32,000 bases of DNA from Propionibacteriaceae bacterium (GCA_031256725.1 JAIRQE010000018.1:30001-62000); one strand, 5' to 3'; shown: positions 17,957 to 26,698, numbered from the stretch's first letter. The notes: generated by a model not told the origin, from the sequence alone. Numbers and translations are program-made.

Positions 17957-19438
17957 GTGATAGACGCAGAATCGTGGGGGAGTGACGATACACCGAAAGA
18001 TGAATGTGGGGTCTTTGGTGTGTGGGCTCCTGGTGAGGAAGTCTCCAAGCTCATATATTTTGGGCTTTTTGCGCTTCAACACCGTGGACAGGAGTCTGCT
18101 GGGATGGCGGTTGGTGACGGTGATCGCATCGTTGTGTACAAAGATATGGGTCTGGTTTCTCAGGTGTTCACTGAGGCCACGTTATCATCTCTTATAGGCA
18201 ATCTTGCAATCGGGCATACGCGTTATTCAACGGCTGGTTCCTGTGAATGGGTGAATACCCAACCCACTTTTAGAGCCACCCCCTATGGTGATCTGGCTCT
18301 GGCCCACAATGGTAACCTCACGAATACCCATGCCCTCACTGAATGGCTGACCTGTCTTGATCCTGGTCAGCATCTTCCAGAGAAGAAAAGCATGGATTCC
18401 AGTTCGGACACGGTGATCCTCTCACATCTGTTAGCGAGTCAGCCTGGACCCTGCATTGATGCAGCGATGGCGGTTCTTCCGCGTTTGGTAGGTGCCTTCT
18501 CCCTGGTTTTTATGACGAAGGATCATCTCTATGCTGCCCGTGATCGCCATGGTATGAGGCCGCTCTGCCTTGGAACAGTGGGCGAGGGATGGGTGGTTGC
18601 ATCCGAGTCTGCAGCATTGGACATCATTGGTGCACAGTACGTTCGTGATGTTGAACCAGGTGAACTCATCTCCATTGGCCCCGAGGGTCTCACCTCTAGG
18701 TCTTTTGCTGAGCCTAAGCGCCACGAGTGCCTCTTTGAGTACGTGTACCTCTCTCGACCCGACACTGTCCTGAATAAACGCTTGATCCACAATATGCGAG
18801 TCAAGATTGGCAAGCTTCTCGCTGACGAATGTCCGGTTGAAGCGGATCTGGTTATCCCAACTCCCGACTCTGGTACACCTGCCGCCATCGGCTTTTCTGC
18901 TGGTTCTGGAATAGAGTACGGTCAGGGCCTTGTCAAGAATGCTTATGTTGGTCGTACCTTCATCCAACCCTCACAGACCTTGAGACAATTGGGGATACGC
19001 CTCAAGCTCAACCCACTCAGACATGTCGTTGCGGGCAAGAGGGTCGTCGTCGTGGACGATTCGATCGTTCGGGGAAATACCCAGCGTCAGGTTGTTGCAA
19101 TGCTTCGACAAGCCGGAGCTGCCGAGGTACATGTTCGTGTCTCATCCCCTCCAGTGATGTGGCCCTGCTTCTTTGGGATTGACTTTGCCGACCCCAATGA
19201 GCTGATTGCTCGTCACATGAGTGTCGAACAGATTTGTGAGCATTTAGGCGCCGATTCTTTGGGTTATGTGAGTCTTGAGTCGTTGATTGCTGCGACCCAT
19301 GTACCCAAGGATGATCTGTGTCGAGCCTGCTTCGATGGTATATATGACATTGCAGTACCTTCCAAAGACATTTTCAGGCTCAGTCTTCATGAGGATGGTA
19401 CAGGTCAGGCCCAATCTGCGAATCTTGAGAAACCCTAG
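17957..19438 (+). CDS. purF: amidophosphoribosyltransferase (Fe-S type)
   Basis: 493-aa ORF. Ntn nucleophile in CGVFGV after a 16-aa propeptide, PRPP loop VVVVDDSIVRGNT, and cluster cysteines in CFFGIDF and CRACFDG. GTG start. Confidence 0.95.
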   Translation: MIDAESWGSDDTPKDECGVFGVWAPGEEVSKLIYFGLFALQHRGQESAGMAVGDGDRIVVYKDMGLVSQVFTEATLSSLIGNLAIGHTRYSTAGSCEWVNTQPTFRATPYGDLALAHNGNLTNTHALTEWLTCLDPGQHLPEKKSMDSSSDTVILSHLLASQPGPCIDAAMAVLPRLVGAFSLVFMTKDHLYAARDRHGMRPLCLGTVGEGWVVASESAALDIIGAQYVRDVEPGELISIGPEGLTSRSFAEPKRHECLFEYVYLSRPDTVLNKRLIHNMRVKIGKLLADECPVEADLVIPTPDSGTPAAIGFSAGSGIEYGQGLVKNAYVGRTFIQPSQTLRQLGIRLKLNPLRHVVAGKRVVVVDDSIVRGNTQRQVVAMLRQAGAAEVHVRVSSPPVMWPCFFGIDFADPNELIARHMSVEQICEHLGADSLGYVSLESLIAATHVPKDDLCRACFDGIYDIAVPSKDIFRLSLHEDGTGQAQSANLEKP

Positions 19439-19447
19439 GAGGAGAAA

Positions 19448-20506
19448 GTGAATAGGAAATCTGCCTATGCCCGAGCGGGGGTCGATATTCTTGCAGGGGA
19501 GCGCGCTGTTGAGCTGATGAAGGATTCCGTGAATTCCGCATCCAGACCTGAGGTTATTGGATCAATCGGTGGTTTTGCGGGTCTCTTTGATGCTTCTGGC
19601 CTAGCGAAGTACCGTCATCCGATTTTGGCGACTTCAACTGACGGGGTGGGGACAAAGGTCTACATTGCCTCTGCCATGGATATCCACGACACCATTGGGT
19701 ACGACCTCGTCGGAATGCTTGTCGATGACCTCGTTGTGGTGGGAGCTGAGCCATTATTCCTCACCGATTACATCGCCTGTGGTTCTGTTGTACCCGAGAG
19801 GATCGCAGCCATCGTAAAAGGTATCGCGGCAGCCTGTATTGAAGCTGGTACAGCCCTGGTCGGTGGAGAGACTGCGGAGCATCCTGGGTTGCTTGATCCC
19901 GATGAGTACGATGTGGCGGGTGCAACCACAGGGGTGGTCGAGTTTGATGAGATCCTGGGGTCCCATTTGATTGAGGAGGGAGACCATGTCCTATGTCTAG
20001 CATCATCGGGTTTGCACTCCAACGGGTACTCCCTCGTACGCCAAGTGCTTCTGACGGAAGCCAAACTTAGTCTCACTTCCCATATCGATGACCTCGGTCG
20101 TACACTCGGCGAAGAATTACTGACCCCCACCAGGGTCTATGCCAAACACTGCCTGGACGTTATCAGAGCTACCGAGATTCATGCCATGAGTCATATCACT
20201 GGGGGAGGGTTGGCTAATAATGTGGCCCGAGTAATGCCCTCAGATTTGTGTGCCAGAATCGATCGATCCACCTGGACTCCTCAACCAATCTTCGGGCTTG
20301 TACAAACCCTAGGAAAAGTGAGCCAGCCCGATATTGAGGAAACCCTCAACATGGGTGTTGGAATGGTCATGATCTGCCCAGAATCCTCGCTTGATAAGGC
20401 TATTCAGATTCTGAAAGCTCAAGGGATCCATGCCTGGGATGGTGGTGAAGTTCTTGTGAGGGAAGACGATAAATCCCCAGTCGAGTTGTGTGGGAGACAC
20501 GACTAG
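19448..20506 (+). CDS. purM: phosphoribosylformylglycinamidine cyclo-ligase (AIR synthetase)
   Basis: 352-aa ORF with STDGVGTK, VGGETAEHPG and SSGLHSNGYSL. GTG start preceded by an AGGAGG that overlaps the purF stop. Confidence 0.95.
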   Translation: MNRKSAYARAGVDILAGERAVELMKDSVNSASRPEVIGSIGGFAGLFDASGLAKYRHPILATSTDGVGTKVYIASAMDIHDTIGYDLVGMLVDDLVVVGAEPLFLTDYIACGSVVPERIAAIVKGIAAACIEAGTALVGGETAEHPGLLDPDEYDVAGATTGVVEFDEILGSHLIEEGDHVLCLASSGLHSNGYSLVRQVLLTEAKLSLTSHIDDLGRTLGEELLTPTRVYAKHCLDVIRATEIHAMSHITGGGLANNVARVMPSDLCARIDRSTWTPQPIFGLVQTLGKVSQPDIEETLNMGVGMVMICPESSLDKAIQILKAQGIHAWDGGEVLVREDDKSPVELCGRHD

Positions 20507-20615
20507 AAATGTGTGTCGGCTTGGCCCAACGATCCAGACCGGGTACCCTTAGAGGTACGAATGGATTCCACACATAGACCACGCGGGATAGCCGCGAGTG
20601 AAGGATGCTGACCCT

Positions 20616-20855
20616 ATGGGGCGCGGCCGTCAAAAGGCAAAGCAGACAAAAGTCGCTCGCGAACTCAAATATCGACCGATATCGACCGATTTCGCTTCGC
20701 TTGAAGAAGAACTCAGGACGAGCTCGGGTGGAGAGATCCCACCCGCGTATGCCGATCTTGCGGATGAATATGCCCATGAAGATCACGGCTTCGATGATGA
20801 GATGGATGAATCTAACGAGTATGAGGCTTACCTTCCAGATGACGAAGACGAATAG
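20616..20855 (+). CDS. DUF3073 domain-containing protein
   Basis: ORF 20598..20855 trimmed to ATG 20616. The N-terminus MGRGRQKAKQTKVARELKY is the hallmark of DUF3073, with an acidic C-terminus. The position next to purM is conserved in Actinomycetota. Confidence 0.8.
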   Translation: MGRGRQKAKQTKVARELKYRPISTDFASLEEELRTSSGGEIPPAYADLADEYAHEDHGFDDEMDESNEYEAYLPDDEDE

Positions 20856-20907
20856 TTGTCTTCGTTGAGACCCATTCCATAGTGTGTGATCCTGGTTTTC
20901 AGGAGGA

Positions 20908-22041
20908 ATGATGGACAACGCACCTCGCTCAAGTCTCGCAACGATGATTTCCAAGTGGAGGTCTGTAGTTCCCTTTTCACGCATGGAATCATCGACTCAG
21001 TGCTGTGATTCATGTGTACAGCCTTCGGATTCGAGTTGGGATGATCACTGGGTTGAGGATCGCCTTCTTGAGGGATTCCAGACCTGTACTTATTCCATGC
21101 CTTCCAGTACACATCTGCCTGAGGAGGGATATGGGTACCTCATAGCGACCCTCATCCGACATCATCCCCCGAAACGCCGTAAGGCTGTTTTGCATATTCA
21201 TGGCTGGAATGAGTACTTCTTCCAAACCCATCTTGCTCAGTTCTATGAGGGCCTCGGGTACGACTTCTACGCTGTCGATCTGCATAGGTACGGTCGCAGC
21301 CTCCAAGTTGGTGAGTTGCCGGGATATATGGAATCAGTTGAGGATTATTTTGAAGAGTTGGATGCCTGTGTTGAAGTTATAAGCCAAGATCACGATTGTG
21401 TTCTTCTGTCTGGTCATTCGACGGGTGGCCTCACTGCAGCAATCTATGCCTCGGATCGGCCCAAGTCTTTTGCGGGGGTTATCCTCAATGCCCCGTGGAT
21501 CGATATGCAGGGGTCGGCCTTATTCCGGGCATTAACCCCGCTCATCGCCAGAGGTTTGTCTGTGACCTCGCCCATGATGGTACTTCCTGCTTCCGAGAAT
21601 CATTTCTATGTCCAATCCCTTCACGAGTCCTATTACGGTGAATGGGATTTTAATCTGGAGTTGAAGAAAGTCGATTCTCAACCTGTACGACCAGGGTGGA
21701 TTCGAGCCGTTGTGAATGGCCATGATCGGGTTGGCGATGGACTCCATATCGATTGCCCTGTACTGGTCGCCACCTCGGCCCAATCCTCGGATGTCACCCA
21801 CTGGTGTGAGGAAGCTGCATCCACGGATTTGGCTCTTGATGTCGAGCGCATCGCTGCAAGGGTACCGATGCTCGGCTGGCATACGACTCTGGTTCGTATC
21901 AAAGGAGCTCTCCATGATGTTGGTCTTTCCCGTGAAGAGGTACGCGAGAGGTACTTTGAGGAGATACGGCGCTGGGAATTGGCCTATGTACGCAGTCGCA
22001 GGGCTCAGGAACGCTACCTTAAAGAGTTGGAAGAAATATAG
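20908..22041 (+). CDS. alpha/beta hydrolase (lysophospholipase / monoacylglycerol-lipase-like)
   Basis: 377-aa ORF with an HIHGWNEY oxyanion region and the nucleophile elbow GHSTGG. AGGAGG SD at 20901-20906 (start ATG 20908 or 20911). Confidence 0.8.
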   Translation: MMDNAPRSSLATMISKWRSVVPFSRMESSTQCCDSCVQPSDSSWDDHWVEDRLLEGFQTCTYSMPSSTHLPEEGYGYLIATLIRHHPPKRRKAVLHIHGWNEYFFQTHLAQFYEGLGYDFYAVDLHRYGRSLQVGELPGYMESVEDYFEELDACVEVISQDHDCVLLSGHSTGGLTAAIYASDRPKSFAGVILNAPWIDMQGSALFRALTPLIARGLSVTSPMMVLPASENHFYVQSLHESYYGEWDFNLELKKVDSQPVRPGWIRAVVNGHDRVGDGLHIDCPVLVATSAQSSDVTHWCEEAASTDLALDVERIAARVPMLGWHTTLVRIKGALHDVGLSREEVRERYFEEIRRWELAYVRSRRAQERYLKELEEI

Positions 22042-22065
22042 TTTTGCAGCATGTGGGAATGGGTA

Positions 22066-22095
22066 TTGACGTGATGTTCTAGTCCTCTCTACACT
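22066..22095 (+). promoter_or_regulatory. candidate promoter TTGACG-18 nt-TACACT for the islet operon
   Basis: Hexamers read directly from the sequence. It lies 31 nt upstream of ATG 22127 in AT-rich DNA. Confidence 0.35.
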
Positions 22096-22159
22096 CAAAA
22101 ATATCTTGATAATTAAAAAGGGGATTATGAAGAGAAAGATAGCAGGGGTGCTTATGGCT

Positions 22160-22191
22160 GTCTTGCTGGTGACAAGTCTTGCTGGTGACAA
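22160..22191 (+). repeat. perfect tandem duplication 2 x GTCTTGCTGGTGACAA (16 nt)
   Basis: 22160-22175 and 22176-22191 are identical. 16 is not a multiple of 3. Confidence 0.95.
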
Positions 22192-22253
22192 CAGGGCTGA
22201 ATGTGAGGGTTCCAGGGATTGTTCCTGTGGCTGAGGCCGCTACCATGGTATGG

Positions 22254-22700
22254 AAATATACTGGTGGCTATTACTATTTCTATATTGACAATGTGATGCA
22301 AAAGGGTTGGGCGTCCAACGGTTATAATTGGTATTATTTAGATCCTTCGACGGGACGTTGTCAGTTTGGATGGAAGAAGATTTCCGGGGATTGGTATTAC
22401 CTCATTCCTGAGAATGACAGTGGTCGCGCTGCAATGGGGTGGCTGAAAATCGCTGGAGGATGGTACTACTTTGATCCGACTAATGGCTCGGGTCGAATGC
22501 AAATGGGTTGGAAGAAAATCAATGGAGCGTGGTTTTATCTCAACCCTGTGAATGAGTCGGGCGCGATGATGACTGGGTGGCAGTGGCTGTACGACAAGGG
22601 TGGAGAGCATTGGTTCTACTTCCGGCCTGGGGACGATGGAAGAATGGTCGGTGGAAATCAAGTTATCGACGGAATTGAGTACCGGTTCGGTACTTTGGGG
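22254..22700 (+). repeat. array of ~7 degenerate ~20-aa cell-wall-binding (choline/glucan-binding type) repeats, at protein level
   Basis: Recurrent pattern GW-x3-5-G-x-WYY[LF]-x-P-x3-G-x-M in the translation. Confidence 0.8.
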
Positions 22701-23149
22701 AGTGCAACCGAGGGACAGTTGTCGTTGATTCAAACCTGGGATTTGGTGGATGCTGGTAAACACTTAGACGTGGATGGAAACAGCAAATACATGTCCTATA
22801 TTTGGAAAGGGATGAATATATGGAACGGGTATAAGCCGGGAGTTATCCGACGTGACTCCTTGACTGTGGCTCAAGATCTTTATGTGACCGATATCGACCA
22901 GCAAAATATGGCATCTGGTGCGACATCTTCAGATGGAAAGCTTAAACTCAATGTTTACTATTTGAAAAATGAGACCGAGAATACAAAAACACATATTGCC
23001 ACCCATGAGTTGGGGCATGCTCTTGGACTGGCTCATACTCCCACATCAGGCAATATGATGTGGGGATGGATATCTGGTGTTATCCTTCTCTCCCAGGACG
23101 ACAAGACTGCGTATGACCGCGCATACAAGAATTACTAAAGGGGACGACA

Positions 23150-23803
23150 ATGAAAAAACGCGCTGCTGTTCTTATGGGCTGTGTTATTAGCACTCTCGTG
23201 ATAGCTGGAGTCTATTTTGTGGCTATTCATGGAGAGAGTCCCAAAGAAATTCTTTCCTCGGAGATGGAGGTGGATGTCTCTACTCTTCCTATTGATCGTA
23301 TTCGAGCATCCTATGTCATTGACGTTGGTAACAAGAATGAAGTTGCTGGTCTGGCAGATTATGTCTTTGCTGGTCGGGTGATCAGTAATAATAAGACGAT
23401 ATATGAAGATGTGATAGAGATGGAGACTGAGGAGGGTGGAACCAGACTCGTTGGTTCTCCTTATACTGAGTACACCATTGAGGTTGTAGATAATATCAAG
23501 GGAAAGTTGAAGAAGAACAAGCCGATCACCATGCTTAAAGATGGTGGTGTGAGCATGGACTTGGATGCGGTCTTCTTGTATGAAGCTGATGAACTTCCTG
23601 AGCCTGGTCGATACTATATTTTTATCGGTTTCGCTCAGTCTGATGGTGCTCTTCTTATTTCTGGCCCAGGGAGTAACCTTCTTCTTACTGCTAAAAACAA
23701 GCAGGAGATCGTGTCCTCGGATGAATATAAAGCGTATAAGAAGGCTGTTCAAAATGAGGTGAAGTTCGATCGCGAGCGATACAAAGCTACTGAACAAGAA
23801 TAG
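23150..23803 (+). CDS. membrane-anchored extracytoplasmic protein of unknown function (candidate protease partner or inhibitor)
   Basis: 217-aa ORF starting 11 nt after the protease stop, with an AGGGGA SD in the gap. N-terminal MKKR plus a hydrophobic anchor (AAVLMGCVISTLVIAGVYFVAI). No family recognised. Low GC like the protease gene. Confidence 0.7.
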   Translation: MKKRAAVLMGCVISTLVIAGVYFVAIHGESPKEILSSEMEVDVSTLPIDRIRASYVIDVGNKNEVAGLADYVFAGRVISNNKTIYEDVIEMETEEGGTRLVGSPYTEYTIEVVDNIKGKLKKNKPITMLKDGGVSMDLDAVFLYEADELPEPGRYYIFIGFAQSDGALLISGPGSNLLLTAKNKQEIVSSDEYKAYKKAVQNEVKFDRERYKATEQE

Positions 23804-23807
23804 ATTA

Positions 23808-24017
23808 ATGAATATCTGGAATGGCTATAAATCTGGTGTGGTCCGAAAAGACTCTGCTTCCGTGGTCTGATGAATCCATATGAAAGGAGGGTCGTATTGA
23901 AGCCGTATATTTTTGGTGAGAATCGCAGTACACACGAGCGCGCCTTTTTGTTCTTGCTGGATACCATCTATCGACCTTAGTCGTGAAGCTGCTCTTATGA
24001 GGGTCGCGCTCGGCTGA
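23808..24017 (+). pseudogene. decayed paralogous fragment of the metalloprotease catalytic domain
   Basis: 23808-23870 translates to MNIWNGYKSGVVRKDSASVV*, compared with MNIWNGYKPGVIRRDSLTVA in the intact gene at 22812 (40/60 nt identical). Further matches occur in shifted frames (..LKPYIFGEN..THE.., WIPSIDLSRE vs WISGVILLSQD). The HExxHxxGxxH segment is deleted. Confidence 0.65.
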
Positions 24018-24069
24018 GGCTGGGCTGTGGCCCTTCGTGTTTTTATATCGACTTTGGAGGGAGGAAAAG

Positions 24070-24531
24070 ATGTCAGAAGTCATTATCTTCAATGCTGGCG
24101 GGCAACAGGTGTTGGGTACAGTCACTGTTCGTCACGCGGCAGGAATGTTGTACCGTCGTGTAGCGCTGGTCCACGAACCCGAACCCGGTATGACCTTCGG
24201 GCCTTACCCCCTACCAAGGTCGGTGGTATTAGTGCGCTGGATCTACACGGCATGGGTGTACGAAACGAGGCGTCAACCTGTGTGTTCGCGTACTGCCATC
24301 CTTCGTAGAGACCACTACCGATGTGCCTACTGCTGGCAAACGGGTACGACCATGGACCACATTCTTCCCAAGTCAAGGGGAGGGAGTACCTCATGGATAA
24401 ACTGTGTTGCTGCTTGTCAAGAGTGTAATGGCCTCAAGGCTGACAAGACGCCTGCCGAAGCCGGAATGAGATTGGATATCCATCCTCAAGCTCCTCTGGC
24501 TTCCCAGTTAGTACCGAGACGGTATCGCTAG
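24070..24531 (+). CDS. HNH endonuclease family protein (conserved actinobacterial type)
   Basis: ORF 24037..24531 trimmed to ATG 24070 (GGAGGGAGG SD upstream). HNH/zinc motif HYRCAYC...TMDHILPKSRGG...NCVAACQECNGLKADK. Confidence 0.85.
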   Translation: MSEVIIFNAGGQQVLGTVTVRHAAGMLYRRVALVHEPEPGMTFGPYPLPRSVVLVRWIYTAWVYETRRQPVCSRTAILRRDHYRCAYCWQTGTTMDHILPKSRGGSTSWINCVAACQECNGLKADKTPAEAGMRLDIHPQAPLASQLVPRRYR

Positions 24532-24573
24532 AACGTAAACCCGGTGCTGTGTGTCAAGAGATAACCCAGTGGC

Positions 24574-25461
24574 CTAGCCTTCAGTCATCGACTTCAGTCC
24601 GCCGAGGAGAACCTCAGATGACATCGGCTGAGGATTCTCCGAGTCGGATTGAAGCGGGAAGTTTGCCTGAATACCATTGACCAGGAAGGCAGGGGTACCA
24701 GAGATACCCATTGCGCTCGATTCTGTCTCCATCTCCTGAACCAGAGCCAGGGTTGCCTTGGAGTCATAACAGGCTTGGAATGTCTTCAGATCATTGCCTG
24801 TGATACCTGCTGCTGCGGCAAAGTCATTGCGTAGCATCTCATCGGTATACCCAGGATCCTTACCCTGTTGATTCGCGAAGATCACATCGTTGTAGCTTAA
24901 GAATTGACCAATCTGGCCTGCACAGGTGGCTGCCACAGCAGCCCTTTGTGAAGATTCGCCACCCACAAAGCTACGCAACATATACCGTAGGTCAATTTCT
25001 TTGGAATCGCTGAGAGTCTTCAAGGCTTCGCCGTAGATCTGTTCTGCACGCCCACACCAACCGCAGTGGTAGTCCTGATGAATCTCGACGACAATCGCTC
25101 CAGTTGGGGGATTAGGGTTCACGCGAACAGCAAATTCGCCGAATAGGGGTGTTGTCTCAGTTGGGGTTGGGTCTGTAGGTACAGCAGTTCCACTACCTTC
25201 AGTGGTAGGCACTCCACGGACCACAAGGATCACGAGTGCGATAGCCAAACAGATGGTGACTGCACCCAATATGCCTAAGGCAATTTGGAGGGTACGAATG
25301 CTTTGGTCTTTAGGATCCCTGGGAGTTTCAGGTTCTTCTTCCACCAAAAACTCAGGTTTGGACTCAACCAACTCTTCCTCAACGCTATCCTTGGATTTCT
25401 GATCCTTTGTTTCCTCGGTTGAGGCTTCCTTGTTTGCCTCAGACTTCTTGACTTTTGCCAT
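24574..25461 (-). CDS. DsbA-family thiol:disulfide oxidoreductase, membrane anchored
   Basis: ORF 24574..25500. Start preferred at ATG 25461 (GGAGAGG SD about 6 nt upstream). Lys/Glu-rich N-terminus, one TM helix (ILGAVTICLAIALVILVV), and a thioredoxin fold with a CGWC active site. Confidence 0.8.
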   Translation of the reverse strand: MAKVKKSEANKEASTEETKDQKSKDSVEEELVESKPEFLVEEEPETPRDPKDQSIRTLQIALGILGAVTICLAIALVILVVRGVPTTEGSGTAVPTDPTPTETTPLFGEFAVRVNPNPPTGAIVVEIHQDYHCGWCGRAEQIYGEALKTLSDSKEIDLRYMLRSFVGGESSQRAAVAATCAGQIGQFLSYNDVIFANQQGKDPGYTDEMLRNDFAAAAGITGNDLKTFQACYDSKATLALVQEMETESSAMGISGTPAFLVNGIQANFPLQSDSENPQPMSSEVLLGGLKSMTEG

Positions 25462-25514
25462 TCTCATTCCTCTCCGCAGATCATCTATGGTACCACCCAA
25501 GGTGAAACCTATGT

Positions 25515-26687
25515 CTAGGCGATAACCCTTGCTGATAGTACCCCTGGGATGGAACGGATCTCATGAACCACAGACTCAGGGATCGTTCCCTCAACATCGA
25601 CGAGGGTGTACGCCAATTCGCCTTTTGAACGGTTCAAAAGGTCAGCGATATTGAGCCCAGCCTCAGCCAGGAGTGCTGAGATCTGCCCAACCATATTGGG
25701 TACATTAGAGTTTGCGATCCCCAAGCGCGAGGAACCTTCCCTACGTGGCAAATCAATCGTGGGGAAGTTCACCGAATTACGGATGATCCCATTCTCTAGA
25801 TAGTCACGTAGCTGGTCGACAGCCATACGCGCACAATTCTCCTCAGCCTCGAAGGTGGAGGCACCCAAGTGGGGCAGGGTCACGCACTTTGCCCGTTTGT
25901 TGAGGCTGGGGGAGGGGAAGTCACAGACATACCCACCAAGTTTGTCTGCGTCAAGAGCAGCCACAACAGCGTTCTCATCCACGATGGGTGCGCGGGAGAA
26001 GTTGATGATCACAGCACTGGGTTTCATTAAGGCAATCTGGTCAGCCCCGATCATCCCCTTGGTTTCGGGGATTAACGGCACATGGACTGTAACGATATCA
26101 GCCTGGGAAAACATTTGTTCCGGGCTGGTGACACGTTCCACATGAGCAGAGAGTTTCCAAGCATTGTCAACTGTGACAGCGGGGTCATATCCCATGACCT
26201 TCATCCCAAGAGCGCAGGCAGAGTTCGCAACCTCAACTCCGATAGCACCCAAGCCGATCACAGCAAGGGTACGCCCAGGCAGTTCAAAACCAACGAACTT
26301 CTTCTTGCCTTTCTCGACCTCTTCATTCATTGAAGCAGCATCACCATCAAGGCGGTGCGCGAAAGCTGCGCCATCAATGATGTTGCGGGCCGCGAGGAAG
26401 ATCCCAGCAAGGGTGAGTTCCTTCACCGCGTTCGCATTTGCTCCCGGGGTATTGAAGACAGGAACTCCTTTAGCGGAATAGTCAGGGATGGGGATGTTGT
26501 TTGTTCCAGCTCCAGCCCGCGCAACGGCAAGAACAGACTCAGGGATCTCCACATCGTGCAGGCTCGCCGAACGCAGTAACAACGCGCTTGGGTTAGATAG
26601 GTCTGTACCTATGTCGTAGGAGTCAGAAGGGAATCTCTCTAATCCCAACTCGCTGATAGCGTTGAGTGTTTTAATTCGAAAACTCAT
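25515..26687 (-). CDS. serA: D-3-phosphoglycerate dehydrogenase (short ~390-aa form with C-terminal ACT domain)
   Basis: 390-aa ORF. 2-hydroxyacid dehydrogenase NAD motif VIGLGAIGVEVA, catalytic LPHLGAST, and an ACT-like C-terminal tail. Confidence 0.9.
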   Translation of the reverse strand: MSFRIKTLNAISELGLERFPSDSYDIGTDLSNPSALLLRSASLHDVEIPESVLAVARAGAGTNNIPIPDYSAKGVPVFNTPGANANAVKELTLAGIFLAARNIIDGAAFAHRLDGDAASMNEEVEKGKKKFVGFELPGRTLAVIGLGAIGVEVANSACALGMKVMGYDPAVTVDNAWKLSAHVERVTSPEQMFSQADIVTVHVPLIPETKGMIGADQIALMKPSAVIINFSRAPIVDENAVVAALDADKLGGYVCDFPSPSLNKRAKCVTLPHLGASTFEAEENCARMAVDQLRDYLENGIIRNSVNFPTIDLPRREGSSRLGIANSNVPNMVGQISALLAEAGLNIADLLNRSKGELAYTLVDVEGTIPESVVHEIRSIPGVLSARVIA

Positions 26688-26698
26688 GGCGTACCCTC

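Larger units (their letters stand above)
22127..23138 (+). pseudogene. secreted matrixin-like (M10-type metzincin) zinc metalloprotease with ~7 cell-wall-binding repeats, frameshifted in the signal peptide by a 16-bp tandem duplication
   Basis: ATG 22127 opens MKRKIAGVLMAVLLVTSLAG..., which stops at TGA 22232-22234. The long ORF (22179..23138) is in the +1 frame. Removing one 16-nt repeat copy joins them into MKRKIAGVLMAVLLVTTGLNVRVPGIVPVAEA/ATMVWKY. GW..G.WYY repeats span 22254-22700. HELGHALGLAH (23004-23036) is followed by an NMMW Met-turn. Confidence 0.75.

Noticed and set aside
20400-20984. 194-aa minus-strand ORF spanning the purM end, DUF3073 and the hydrolase start
   Set aside because: It overlaps three well-supported + strand genes and their intergenic regions, and shows no recognisable domain.
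23135-23797. 220-aa minus-strand ORF mirroring the 217-aa islet gene
   Set aside because: There is no SD and the composition is odd (Ile/Leu/Ser/Phe-rich). It exactly shadows the + strand ORF, which has a proper SD, operon spacing and a signal-anchor. Judged to be an antisense artefact of AT-rich DNA.
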